Part shown: piece after piece, positions 1 to 9,663 of the stretch
Layout of the letters: each line of letters opens with the position of its first letter
How positions within the stretch are numbered: position 1 is the stretch's first letter
Assembly (NCBI GenBank): GCA_018266915.1
Contig: JAFDZM010000017.1
Coordinates: 52,639-116,638, forward strand
Direction: 5' to 3'
Length of the DNA: 64,000 bases
From: Bacteroidota bacterium
GTDB taxonomy: Bacteria; Bacteroidota; Bacteroidia; Sphingobacteriales; Sphingobacteriaceae
Program-made: the position numbers and the translations under genes
Notes under the pieces: model-generated
The model's input: only the letters and a program-made list of their open reading frames with translations
What the model was told of the DNA's origin: nothing
Database searches by the model: none

Positions 1-1621
1 CTTCCGTCTTGACCCGGTTAGAAGGCAAGCCCATTTTTAGCTGATCGTAAAGGTCTTTCACTGGATCGTTCGTGTTTATTTTATAACGCTCATAACTTTC
101 AACCAGTTGATACCAAGATGCCCAGGCGGCAACTGGCTCAGGCTCTAATCCGGTATAATGCATGTGATGACGCCCGATAACAAAATATTGAACTTTACTA
201 ATTTCTTGATGTACAGGGTCAAATTTGAGCTTCTTTAATACACCGGTTTGGGGTGTTATCGCTACCCACTCCTGCATTTTTTTAAGCCAGGTCTCTGAAG
301 CGTTGTAGGCTTCGGAAATCCTGTTGCGCCGCTCTTTCAATGATGTGAAAAACATGTCTTGCCATTTGAGCTGAAACAAACCCAAAGTCTTTGTTTTAGT
401 ATCGTAGATTGCTGCATCAATATCTGTATGCAACCCAGGAAGTTTGATTTCTATTTCGCCCTTTGCTGTTAAAAAGCGCTCACCCTTAAAGTATTGATAC
501 AAATCTGTCCGGAACCGTGCTTCACGCCGGGTTACAGCTTTGTCATAATCTGGACGGTATCTTCTTTTTAACTCCCTTTTAAGAAAATCGACACCCCCTC
601 CGAGAGCACCATAGGTAATCCTGGTCAATTGATCATCCGCTATGCTGATATAAGGCGGTAAATCACTCCCTTTCATGGAAGTATAGTCGTCTACATTGTC
701 TTTATCTAGCGTTAAGCAAGCAAAGATCTGTTTAACATTCGCCAAAGGGAGGCGTGTAATAGCGGCGAAATCTTCTAATGTCCGGTCTTTGTGCCAGGTA
801 TAAACGGAGATATCACGGAGATCAACTTTCGGAAACCGTTCTAAAGCCACGAGACAATAGCCCAAATGTTTAAGAGCAACACCGGTGACTGCTTTTAGGA
901 CGTCTAAATATTGTTGATATGGAATTTCTCCAAATTTGTCGTCAGCTCCAAAATCTTCGAAAGCTTTTTGTTTAATAAAATGATAATAACCAAGATCTGA
1001 AAAGTACTTGTCGACATCTGGCGTGGTTTGATAGGCGATAAATTTACCGGCTATGATACTCAAGCCAGAATTCGCGATCATTTGCTTTCGAATAGCTTTG
1101 AATTTTGCAGTTACCCGTTGACGACCGCCTTGATTTTGCCGTTCAATCATATTTTGGACGTAGTTATAACTAGCCCGGTCGTAACCTTCCTTGTCGGGAA
1201 TGTCGTGTGAAAACTTTAGGCTAAAAATATTTGGCGCAGTTTCTTCAATACTTAGTAAATTTAAGTAGGCGGCAAAATTAAAACGGTTCACACGCTCCAG
1301 ATCTCCAGTCCAGCCAAGCAGATGTGCTGCCCATGTTCTTTGCTCTTCGGTGGAAGAGTAAGTAAGCTGTGCCTGAAGAGCGTCGATATGTTTCAAATAA
1401 TACGATGCAAGGCTCACCCATGCAAAACGAATGCTTTCAAAATAAACAGCTTCCTGGATAGTTCCAGTTTTACCTAAAAAGCCTTTGATGAACGCACTGT
1501 CCAAATGACGCAAAATTTCTATCAAATCAAGATAAGCCTGATCACGTGAAACCAGTTCTTCCCGTGCCCTTTTCAATTCCTTCTCGACCAGTGTGTTAAG
1601 CTTCTCAAGCGTCTTGTCCAT
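1..1621 (-). CDS. Large hypothetical protein (>540 aa, runs off window edge) with C-terminal PD-(D/E)xK-like nuclease motif
   Basis: Not in the ORF track. Manually translated from ATG at 1621 (MDKTLEKLNTLVEKELKRAREEL...) with no in-frame stop to position 1. Contains ...REARFR...HTDIDAAIYD...LFQLKWQD. Overlaps the vsr 3' end by 17 nt. Confidence 0.8.
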   Translation of the reverse strand, partial: MDKTLEKLNTLVEKELKRAREELVSRDQAYLDLIEILRHLDSAFIKGFLGKTGTIQEAVYFESIRFAWVSLASYYLKHIDALQAQLTYSSTEEQRTWAAHLLGWTGDLERVNRFNFAAYLNLLSIEETAPNIFSLKFSHDIPDKEGYDRASYNYVQNMIERQNQGGRQRVTAKFKAIRKQMIANSGLSIIAGKFIAYQTTPDVDKYFSDLGYYHFIKQKAFEDFGADDKFGEIPYQQYLDVLKAVTGVALKHLGYCLVALERFPKVDLRDISVYTWHKDRTLEDFAAITRLPLANVKQIFACLTLDKDNVDDYTSMKGSDLPPYISIADDQLTRITYGALGGGVDFLKRELKRRYRPDYDKAVTRREARFRTDLYQYFKGERFLTAKGEIEIKLPGLHTDIDAAIYDTKTKTLGLFQLKWQDMFFTSLKERRNRISEAYNASETWLKKMQEWVAITPQTGVLKKLKFDPVHQEISKVQYFVIGRHHMHYTGLEPEPVAAWASWYQLVESYERYKINTNDPVKDLYDQLKMGLPSNRVKTE

Positions 1622-2036
1622 AGGATTTAATTTTATCGATTAATGATCGAAGCGTCTGTTCCAATCGCTGTTTGCCTTCTAATTCACACTCCCAAATAAT
1701 AATAACTTGCCATCCTGCCGCTGTCAATGCAGCTTGATGACTCAAATCCCTCTCGATGGTTTTAGAAAGTTTGGTTTGCCAAAATTTACTGTTGCTACTG
1801 GGAATACGCCCCTCGTTGCAATCAGCATGATAATGCCAAAAACAGCCATGTACGAATATTACCGTCTTATATTTAGGTAATACAATGTCTGGTTTTCCAG
1901 GTAAATCCTTACGGTGGATACGAAACCTGAAGCCAGCCGCGTGCAAATAAGATCTTAAATCAATTTCCGGTTTTGTGTTCTTAGACCGGATCCGGGACAT
2001 GACGTCACTTCGCTTGTCTTTTGACCAGATATCCAT
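1605..2036 (-). CDS. vsr: Very short patch repair endonuclease
   Basis: MDIWSKDKRSDVMSRIRSKNTKPE, DLPGKPDIV, FVHGCFWHYH, WECE motifs. Directly follows a C5 MTase. Confidence 0.95.
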   Translation of the reverse strand: MDIWSKDKRSDVMSRIRSKNTKPEIDLRSYLHAAGFRFRIHRKDLPGKPDIVLPKYKTVIFVHGCFWHYHADCNEGRIPSSNSKFWQTKLSKTIERDLSHQAALTAAGWQVIIIWECELEGKQRLEQTLRSLIDKIKSYGQDA

Positions 2037-3191
2037 TTAAAGGAGGGCATAGTAATTTTCTAAGGTACGCTTAATCTCATGGGCAATTAATTCTGCTTTC
2101 CGGGTTGGCACACCATTGCTGATCAACTTAAATTTATGCGACAGCGGAACACTTGCGGGCAACACGTATTCATCTGGCACCGATTGTATTTTCAACGCTT
2201 CTCTCACGGTTAGCCGCCGGGCCTCGGTTGGATGCAGGTGCACCTCGTTATTGCCGTAGGCAACGGTTGGACTGTAACGGTACCGGTGCAGCCTTTTAAA
2301 CGATTTTCGATTGGTATCGCCCTCATCGATCCTTAAAAATTTGTCGGATTTTGGATTAAAGCATTCCCCTTGGTTCGGAGAGTCACTGGTGATCGTGTTG
2401 AATGCATTAATGACTTGTAATACACTCAATTCTTTCGGAATCCGGTCCACATCTGTCTGAATAATATCGGAGCCGAAAAGCCATTTCCCTGGCCAAGGGT
2501 TCTGTTTGGGCTTGTCATATATTTTCCCAGGCCAGTTAAAAACTAGTTCGTCAGGGTTTTCCACCCACATAGTTTGCTTGCCTTTGTAGCCAGCAGCTTC
2601 TAAGCGGTTAACAATTTCCCTTTTAAAACCCACTAATGTCAATCTCGACCGGTCTTGCGGCACTCCATATTCTAGCGCGTTCAAAATATCATACCATACT
2701 ACATAATCTTCCGCACCTAACATTTTTACCAGATCCATGAACGCCTTATTATGCTCTCGGGTATTAAATAAGCCTGGTACGTTTTCAAAGAAGATGAACG
2801 CTGGATCTACTTTTTTTACAATTTCGAAATAGCTGTATATCAACTTACCTCTGGCGCCGTTATGTCCTGCGTTTGCTCCACCCACAGAGTAATCCTGGCA
2901 GGGGGGGCCACCAATAATTCCGGCTACTCCCTGGTTTTTTTGCTTAAGGGTGTCGAGGATTTCCTTCTTTGATGCGTCCAAAGCGCCTTCCATTACATGA
3001 TAGGTGCCATGTTTTTTCTCATCAAAAACTTTACTGTAGTAACTGCGCAGCCCTTCGTTATATGCTTCTATGAAAAATGGATTGATTTCCACTGCCTGGT
3101 TGATGGAAAAGCCCTGGTTTAAGAAACCAAGATCCAAAAACCCGCCACCGGAAAATAAGGATAATAAATTAAAATTTTTAGGGTTGCTCAT
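2037..3191 (-). CDS. DNA (cytosine-5)-methyltransferase
   Basis: Motif I LFSGGG, catalytic GGPPCQ, ENV, QDRSR, RRLTVRE, GNGVP-like motif X (SNGVP). Confidence 0.95.
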   Translation of the reverse strand: MSNPKNFNLLSLFSGGGFLDLGFLNQGFSINQAVEINPFFIEAYNEGLRSYYSKVFDEKKHGTYHVMEGALDASKKEILDTLKQKNQGVAGIIGGPPCQDYSVGGANAGHNGARGKLIYSYFEIVKKVDPAFIFFENVPGLFNTREHNKAFMDLVKMLGAEDYVVWYDILNALEYGVPQDRSRLTLVGFKREIVNRLEAAGYKGKQTMWVENPDELVFNWPGKIYDKPKQNPWPGKWLFGSDIIQTDVDRIPKELSVLQVINAFNTITSDSPNQGECFNPKSDKFLRIDEGDTNRKSFKRLHRYRYSPTVAYGNNEVHLHPTEARRLTVREALKIQSVPDEYVLPASVPLSHKFKLISNGVPTRKAELIAHEIKRTLENYYALL

Positions 3192-5559
3192 TAATAGTAT
3201 TTTCTAATGGTTGGACATAGTCCAGTATTCCGGTATCCCGGTCAAGTTTAATATGCCAGTCTTTTGCATCGATAACGATACCGTGTTCAAAATGCTCCAA
3301 GGGTATTTTGGCATATTTGGCTCCTTTAAAAAGATCAAACATGTCCTCTTGGTCCGAAAGGTGGTATTGGCTTCCCGCGGGCAATTCGCCTGGCTGCAAC
3401 GTCAATAGCTCAGCGAGCGATAACTCATCTTTGCCTTTGAAAAACTTCTTGGTTATCTCATTATAAAATGGGAAACAGATGTCTACCGTGGGAACACCCT
3501 CCAACCATCGCTTTTTAAACATGATGGTCGAATGTTCTATTTCCGGTTTGTTCAGAATAATTTCATCTATTTTGATTCGTTGAAAAAGGTTCTGGAATTT
3601 TTCTGGAATGATCGGCCTTAGGGTAGATACCGGTAAGACAAGCGGTAATTTTTCTATTGTCCGGTTCTTTTCACGGTTGCCCGTCAACTGCACCCATGCA
3701 TTGTAGTCTGACGAAATCTCGTTAAGCGCGTCGTGAAACCCACAGCATACCTGGCCGGTGATAGGTTTTCTATTGTATAATGAAATGGTATTCAGTCCCT
3801 TACGGGTTTTGTGCTCCCAATAACGTTGCAGGAAATAATCTTTAAATTGCCCCTTAAGGCGGCTCAGACGCTTGACCGGGAACGTGGTGGTACCATCTGT
3901 TTGTTGTAACTCCAGCCGGTAACTTAAGTCAGCCGCCAAGATTTCCTCACCAATGCTTTCATCTACCAGGAACTTCATGATTTTTACCTTCCCATCAAGT
4001 TCTTCAATTAGTTTTGGATAATACCGGCCCCACATCACAGGCAATGATCTTGTCGCTGTGCTGCTCAACGTGCTGCCGCTTTTATATTGTGCAACTCCGT
4101 CCGGGTTGAGGGTGCATAAATCCAAAACACGGAAATCAATAGTGCTTCGTTTGTTAAACGCGATCTCCAGCTTACCATATTGTTCCTCATGGTGAAAATA
4201 ATTCAACGCCAGACCAAATTCCGTGTCATGCTTTTTGTCATCTAAAGGCTTTGCAACAAAGTGGCACTGCACCAACTCCGCTAGCTTCTCCTTGCGTGAA
4301 ATACTTCGTCCATCTTCCCTCACGATCAAATCGCAATCCTGTCCTGTAAGTATAAAAATCCCTTTATCTCCGATTTGGTAAATGTCACCAGGGGCAGGGG
4401 GGTAATATAATTTGTTAACGGCATTATTAAACAATTCGAAATTGCTTAACTCTTGCAGCTCTTTTCTGAAATCCTCTGCAAGTATAGGTCCGTCCACTGG
4501 TAAATATGTTTCGTTGATCAAACTTGTCAATCCACTAATAAACTGGTAGTCCAGGGTATTTCCGGCAGGTGTAGTCAGCTTATCATAAATTTTCTTTTGT
4601 ACCAGCAAGTCAAACCATTGCTCCACCGTCCTGAATACCGTAGTACCCTCAGCATGGGCCATTTCGGCTAGATATAAAATGTTGCTTTGCCCGGAATCTA
4701 CAACCAACTGTTTTGCTGTTTTCAGTCCTTCTTTTTTAACTTTAAATATCTGATCAAAAAAGCTGGCATACGCGCAAATAGCCAAGCCGCCGGCAACGAG
4801 TTCGACCGCACTGGAACCATCATTCGGGGCAGGTTTCTGTATTTCAAAATGTAAATACTCTTGTACTCTTATATTGGGGTTGTTGCCAGCATCAGCACGG
4901 GATGTAAACAGTATGCTAAAAAAAGTATCAATGCCGTTAGCACGGTCGCGTAAACTAGTGATCAAATCACGGCCATTATTGCTACCCAATATCTTGTCCA
5001 CAATAAATAAAAAATACTTATGTGGCAACCGGTCTAACGTAAAACGCAGGTCTTCTTCAAATTCATTGAAGGCATCACCATGAAGCTGGCGATAGATCTT
5101 AACTGATTTCCGTGGATTATATTGATTAAGTATGTCAATGAACGGCTGATAGATTACAGCGCCTGAAAACTCTGCAAGTCCCGTATTCATAGCCAACGCA
5201 CTAATTGCTTCTTTATGCGGTCCTATTAAGGAAACAAATGTTTCAGCAAATACGGCAAGGGCTTCATGTCCTCCGTCACGCAAACGCTTTACGATTTCGC
5301 CAGCCTTAAACCAATCTATGTCTTCGGTTTGAAATGTAATGGCTAAAAAACCAGACCGGAGTCCGGTCAAGGCTGTAACCAATGCGCCGTCTAGCCTGAT
5401 TAGTTTGGTCAAGACCAGATCAAAATCGATATCATTGATGCACAAAAAGTGATAAATGATTTCTCCTGGATTTTCAATTGGTAGAAAATCATCATCCACG
5501 AACGCAACAAGGTCTGTTCGTAATTCATTAATTACGTTGGTAAAGTCAGGCTTGCTCAT
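3178..5559 (-). CDS. Receiver-domain protein associated with MORC/R-M clusters (receiver interrupted by insertion; long C-terminal extension)
   Basis: VAFVDDD (res 18-24), FIVD188, LFT219, EIQK242. Later PGDIY...LTGQDCDL motif. Overlaps both neighbours. Confidence 0.7.
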   Translation of the reverse strand: MSKPDFTNVINELRTDLVAFVDDDFLPIENPGEIIYHFLCINDIDFDLVLTKLIRLDGALVTALTGLRSGFLAITFQTEDIDWFKAGEIVKRLRDGGHEALAVFAETFVSLIGPHKEAISALAMNTGLAEFSGAVIYQPFIDILNQYNPRKSVKIYRQLHGDAFNEFEEDLRFTLDRLPHKYFLFIVDKILGSNNGRDLITSLRDRANGIDTFFSILFTSRADAGNNPNIRVQEYLHFEIQKPAPNDGSSAVELVAGGLAICAYASFFDQIFKVKKEGLKTAKQLVVDSGQSNILYLAEMAHAEGTTVFRTVEQWFDLLVQKKIYDKLTTPAGNTLDYQFISGLTSLINETYLPVDGPILAEDFRKELQELSNFELFNNAVNKLYYPPAPGDIYQIGDKGIFILTGQDCDLIVREDGRSISRKEKLAELVQCHFVAKPLDDKKHDTEFGLALNYFHHEEQYGKLEIAFNKRSTIDFRVLDLCTLNPDGVAQYKSGSTLSSTATRSLPVMWGRYYPKLIEELDGKVKIMKFLVDESIGEEILAADLSYRLELQQTDGTTTFPVKRLSRLKGQFKDYFLQRYWEHKTRKGLNTISLYNRKPITGQVCCGFHDALNEISSDYNAWVQLTGNREKNRTIEKLPLVLPVSTLRPIIPEKFQNLFQRIKIDEIILNKPEIEHSTIMFKKRWLEGVPTVDICFPFYNEITKKFFKGKDELSLAELLTLQPGELPAGSQYHLSDQEDMFDLFKGAKYAKIPLEHFEHGIVIDAKDWHIKLDRDTGILDYVQPLENTINEQP

Positions 5560-8125
5560 CGTTCTGTATACTGATCGAAAATATATAGCGGTTGCCCTGG
5601 CTGTTCAAGTCGGGTAGCAGGTTAATGCTTCCACCGAATGATTCTAATAAGTTTTTGACGATGTACAAGCCCATGCCACGCCCGTTCTCTTTACCGGATT
5701 TAAAGGGATGGAACAAGGTATATTGCAAATCGTCCTGGACGCCAGTGCCAGAATCGTAATAATTCACCGTGTAATCGTCCACTTTTTCTATCCGGATGAA
5801 GTCCCGCCCATCCAGCTTGTAAGATTGATCGTAGGCGCTGCGCTTTTGCCGCTCACCAATCCAATGCAATGAATTGTCAATCAGATTATAAAATACATGA
5901 GTGAGCGTGCCTTTCGGAACGTACCATGTATAATCTTTCAAACCGTCATAGACAATCATGGTCTTGGAATCTTTTAAACGGGTATCGAGCCGCTTTTTAA
6001 ATCCTTCGAGCAAGGCGCCAAAATCTTCGTGTTCAAAGTCATCGCTGGTGCCTTGACGGATGAATGTACTCTCCAGGAAATTATAAAATACATCCAGTTC
6101 GGTTATGCGGGTATGTAAAAAATCCAGTTGGGCTGCCACCGGTTTAAGTTCTTCATTATAGCGCTTAACTTGGTTTTGATCAAATAGGTAATTCTTGAGA
6201 GAAGCGATATGTGCCTGGTAACCTTCACCAGATTTAGTGTTTAATAATATGGAATGTAACTCGTGGGTCATGACCTCAGTGATCAGACCGTTAGCCATCA
6301 GCTTATAATTATTATACGAATCTCTTTGCCGTTCTTCAATAACAGTAAGGGTTTCCTTCGCATTTTTTAACGTGGAAATACTGTTATTGATGCTGTCAGA
6401 TAACGAACTGTCTTGCCCTTCCAGCTCCAACAGAATCTTCCGTACCTTTTGGATACTATCGTCGCTGTTAAGATGGATGTTGTCTTTGATGTCTTTAAAA
6501 GCCGCTTGGAATACAGCGAGGCTTTTCAAGGTCTCTTGCAGTAGCGCTTCTGACTCGTCAACCTGTTGTTTAAGCTCTTTTGGTGTGTTATTACGCACCA
6601 ATCCTTCTTCTATTAATATGTCGCGCACCAGGTAGTAGGCAGAGGTGCTTAATTGATAAAAGTCATCATTGAAAATGGCTTGAACAATTCTTTTAAGCGC
6701 AATAGCATTTAGTGACTCAACCAGTTCCTGCCGGGAACTAATCTCTTTGATGAAGTTTTGGTAGAAATCATTAATCTTGATGTAACCAACTACGTTGCCA
6801 AGCTCAAATCTGAAGAATTGCTGGCCACGGGTACGCGCTTGCTGCAAACTTAACCAGTCACTCTCTTTATCGCCAAGATTGGCAATCCGGAACTTGTCCC
6901 TGTATAACTTGATCCCATTATGATAGTTCAAGAAATCACGGATCGCAGCCATATTGCCAGTTTTTTCAATTGCTCCTGTGGCTTTAGCTGAATTGATGGC
7001 CAGGTTTAGCCGGAAAGCCTCCCGGTGAAAGGCATAAACTTTCCCCTCAACTGGCATGATTTGTTCTATGGCTTGGCGCGCTTGAGACAGGCCCTGCTTT
7101 GATTCTAAATAATCCTCCAGTTTCATTTTTCTGGACAGGTTACTTTGCAAGCGGTCCTGGTATTTTTCTAGCAATGATTCATAAAATGCTGCGTCACGCT
7201 GCCGTTCTTTAAACAGGTTTTTTCCCAACAAACGTAAATGGATCATCTCAACATACCAGGGTTTAAGTTGTAATTCTAACTCCAGATATGATTTTCCGCC
7301 TTTGCGATTCAAACTAAAGGAATGTATCGTTTCGGCGACCTTAATGCTGTCATTATGAAACGAAGACTGAACATGCAAACCATTTAAAAAGAAATTGATT
7401 TTGAAATCGTCCTCTTCTTGTTCGAACGGCGAATACAAAAAGCTCACTGACGATTGCAGCTTTTCCTGCAAGTAAATTTCAGGCTCGCCAGGTTCTTCAA
7501 ACATACTTATTTGCTCCGGCCGTCTGTCGTCAATAAACTTACTGAAGTTTACGCCCCCGGTAAACCAAAGCCTGGTATAGGGCAGGGAGGTCAATTTTTT
7601 GATTCGTAACTCCGGCGCATCTTCGTCGAGATCTTTAGCGAATTTGCTCCAATTAACCGTAACCAGATTTAATAAATCTTTTTCTCCCTTGCTACTTGTT
7701 TCCACAAGCAACGTAGCTGCGAGTCGCTGGGATGATAAACGGCCCAAGCCTTTGTCGCCAAGGATCATTTTTTCAGTGCTGCCGTCATTTTCATCTTTTC
7801 GTTTCTGCTGTTCTTTTAAATCCGAACCTACCTTGAAAAATCCATTTTGCAACTCATTATAGTCCATTCCCTTTCCGTTATCCTCGATAATAATAACTGG
7901 AGCCTTGTTGGAAGCTGCTTTAACAGCAGCAAGTACGTCATCAGGCAGTGGGGTTAACAATTTTGCAACGTCTAACTTGTCGATAGATTCCAAAAAATGA
8001 ACATTTACTACAGTTGCTTTTGCATCATAGGCATTTTTGAGCAACTCAGTAAAAGCCACCTCATCTGATGTGATCAATTCGGTGCCTAATTGTGCTAAGA
8101 TCCGTGGACTATACTCAAACTTCAT
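5546..8125 (-). CDS. MORC-like GHKL ATPase fused to C-terminal histidine kinase
   Basis: N-terminal ELLKNAYDA, EDNGKGM, GDKGLGR. C-terminal VMTHEL (H-box), NLIDNS (N), DSGTGV (G1), GRGMGL (G2). Confidence 0.85.
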   Translation of the reverse strand: MKFEYSPRILAQLGTELITSDEVAFTELLKNAYDAKATVVNVHFLESIDKLDVAKLLTPLPDDVLAAVKAASNKAPVIIIEDNGKGMDYNELQNGFFKVGSDLKEQQKRKDENDGSTEKMILGDKGLGRLSSQRLAATLLVETSSKGEKDLLNLVTVNWSKFAKDLDEDAPELRIKKLTSLPYTRLWFTGGVNFSKFIDDRRPEQISMFEEPGEPEIYLQEKLQSSVSFLYSPFEQEEDDFKINFFLNGLHVQSSFHNDSIKVAETIHSFSLNRKGGKSYLELELQLKPWYVEMIHLRLLGKNLFKERQRDAAFYESLLEKYQDRLQSNLSRKMKLEDYLESKQGLSQARQAIEQIMPVEGKVYAFHREAFRLNLAINSAKATGAIEKTGNMAAIRDFLNYHNGIKLYRDKFRIANLGDKESDWLSLQQARTRGQQFFRFELGNVVGYIKINDFYQNFIKEISSRQELVESLNAIALKRIVQAIFNDDFYQLSTSAYYLVRDILIEEGLVRNNTPKELKQQVDESEALLQETLKSLAVFQAAFKDIKDNIHLNSDDSIQKVRKILLELEGQDSSLSDSINNSISTLKNAKETLTVIEERQRDSYNNYKLMANGLITEVMTHELHSILLNTKSGEGYQAHIASLKNYLFDQNQVKRYNEELKPVAAQLDFLHTRITELDVFYNFLESTFIRQGTSDDFEHEDFGALLEGFKKRLDTRLKDSKTMIVYDGLKDYTWYVPKGTLTHVFYNLIDNSLHWIGERQKRSAYDQSYKLDGRDFIRIEKVDDYTVNYYDSGTGVQDDLQYTLFHPFKSGKENGRGMGLYIVKNLLESFGGSINLLPDLNSQGNRYIFSISIQNDEQA

Positions 8126-8331
8126 TTATAAAAATATCTAAACAGGAAAAATTTTCTCCCGGTCAAAAACTGCCAATAAAATTATCAATTATTGCCTTTT
8201 CAGACGAATTGTAACGATCAGGCTTTTCGATAAGCTTAAGGCAAATATATTATTTTTTGTGAGGGAGCAGCCATCGTCGATTGCTATTTGAGCAATTGAT
8301 AAGCATGCTTTCCAGGCTAGTTCGTTTATAG

Positions 8332-9444
8332 TTATGATTTTGATGGAATTATTAAGAGGTTCTTATCCACGTCCTTCAATAATTGGTCATTTTTGTTAAT
8401 TAATGGGTCATACCAATCTGCCTTGTCATTGGCCCATAGCAACCATTCTTCATCATCCTTGTAATTGCTAACCGCGACCAGGTAATCACGGATCATTTGT
8501 GCATCTCGCCAGCGCCGGGCATCACCTAACAAATTCTTAAATGCACAGAGCTCCTGGGCTTTTCGTTCTGCTTCGTTTCGTATGGCTTGCTCTTCAGCTT
8601 CCCTCGCTTCCTGGGCTTTCCTGTTTTGATCCCAACAGTCATGTAATTCCTTAACTACCAACTCAAGTTTGGTGACAATCTTTAATAATTGATCTTCTAG
8701 CCTAAACTTCTTATTGTCTTTCCAATCAGCGCGATGATAACCATCGAAATGAAATGCGAGTATTCCAGTAGGTACAAAATCATATTCCGGCCAGGTTTTT
8801 CCGGTGGAGACTTTCTTCGTTATCTCACGCAGATTAATTCGAAGTTCAACCTTACGGATTGTTACATAAGTGAATCTGCCACGGAATTGTACATTGTAAC
8901 CTTTGAATTTAAAATATTTCAATAAAGTGTCCATGATCCGCAACGCCCTTGAAATATTACCTTGAGTTACTTTAATATCTAAGTTCGTATCCCAGGTAGA
9001 CTTCATAATACCCTGGTTCCGGTATTCATCTTGTTGATTGAGTGAGCGCTCTGCAGCAATAATTAATGGTTCTGGTTGTGTTAAATGCGCCGGCACACGT
9101 AATGAAATTCCTGGCGTTTCACTAATTTCTTTGGCAAGCTTTTGTTCGTCACTGTCTTCTGTTCTACTCTGGATTTCTTCTTCCTTTGGTAATATTAGAT
9201 TATCTCCATCTCGACGTTCAGGCAGTGGCGTTCGAGGTTCCGCCTTGCCAAAACGAAGTTTCATCCAATATCCAGTGCGGGGTAGCGGAATAGTATTGTC
9301 ATTACATATTTGTTTTAGCTGGTAAATTGTGATGGAATGTGTTTCAGCCACGGTGGAAAGAGGTGAAGTCCAGACCAAATTGTACAATTGAGTCCGGCTG
9401 AATTTGGCGATAATATTAAGCGATTTTGGCGAAGCAATTGACAT
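8332..9444 (-). CDS. Hypothetical mobile-element protein with N-terminal HTH-like region
   Basis: FSRTQLYNLVWTSPLSTVA...QICNDNTIPLPRTGYWMK, a signature I recognise from genes on integrative elements. Start moved to ATG 9444 (ORF track 9540). Confidence 0.55.
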   Translation of the reverse strand: MSIASPKSLNIIAKFSRTQLYNLVWTSPLSTVAETHSITIYQLKQICNDNTIPLPRTGYWMKLRFGKAEPRTPLPERRDGDNLILPKEEEIQSRTEDSDEQKLAKEISETPGISLRVPAHLTQPEPLIIAAERSLNQQDEYRNQGIMKSTWDTNLDIKVTQGNISRALRIMDTLLKYFKFKGYNVQFRGRFTYVTIRKVELRINLREITKKVSTGKTWPEYDFVPTGILAFHFDGYHRADWKDNKKFRLEDQLLKIVTKLELVVKELHDCWDQNRKAQEAREAEEQAIRNEAERKAQELCAFKNLLGDARRWRDAQMIRDYLVAVSNYKDDEEWLLWANDKADWYDPLINKNDQLLKDVDKNLLIIPSKS

Positions 9445-9556
9445 TTTTTTTAGCTTAAAGATGCGGTTATGACGCAAACTTACTTGTTTTATGCTATAGA
9501 ATAGTTGCAGCCCTTTCTGAATAAAATAATAGGTCATCACGTATTGGTTTATTAGC

Positions 9557-9564
9557 TAACTTTG
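9557..9564 (+). promoter_or_regulatory. Bacteroidota -7 promoter element
   Basis: TAACTTTG matches TAnnTTTG, upstream of the 9664 gene. Confidence 0.5.
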
Positions 9565-9663
9565 TAAAGCGGCCATTTTTACTTTACTGAATGCGGTTGT
9601 CACTTTAACCTTTCGAATCACCATTATTACGTTGCCTTCCTTACCCACAATATCTGACTACAA

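Noticed and set aside
2037-3191. Assigning a recognition sequence to the MTase from its YSPTVAYGNNEVHLHP region
   Set aside because: I cannot reliably recall the matching REBASE family. It needs a REBASE alignment or methylome data.
1-8125. DISARM, BREX or Druantia
   Set aside because: No helicase, PglZ, BrxC or DrmA-type genes are visible; only the MTase overlaps with those systems.
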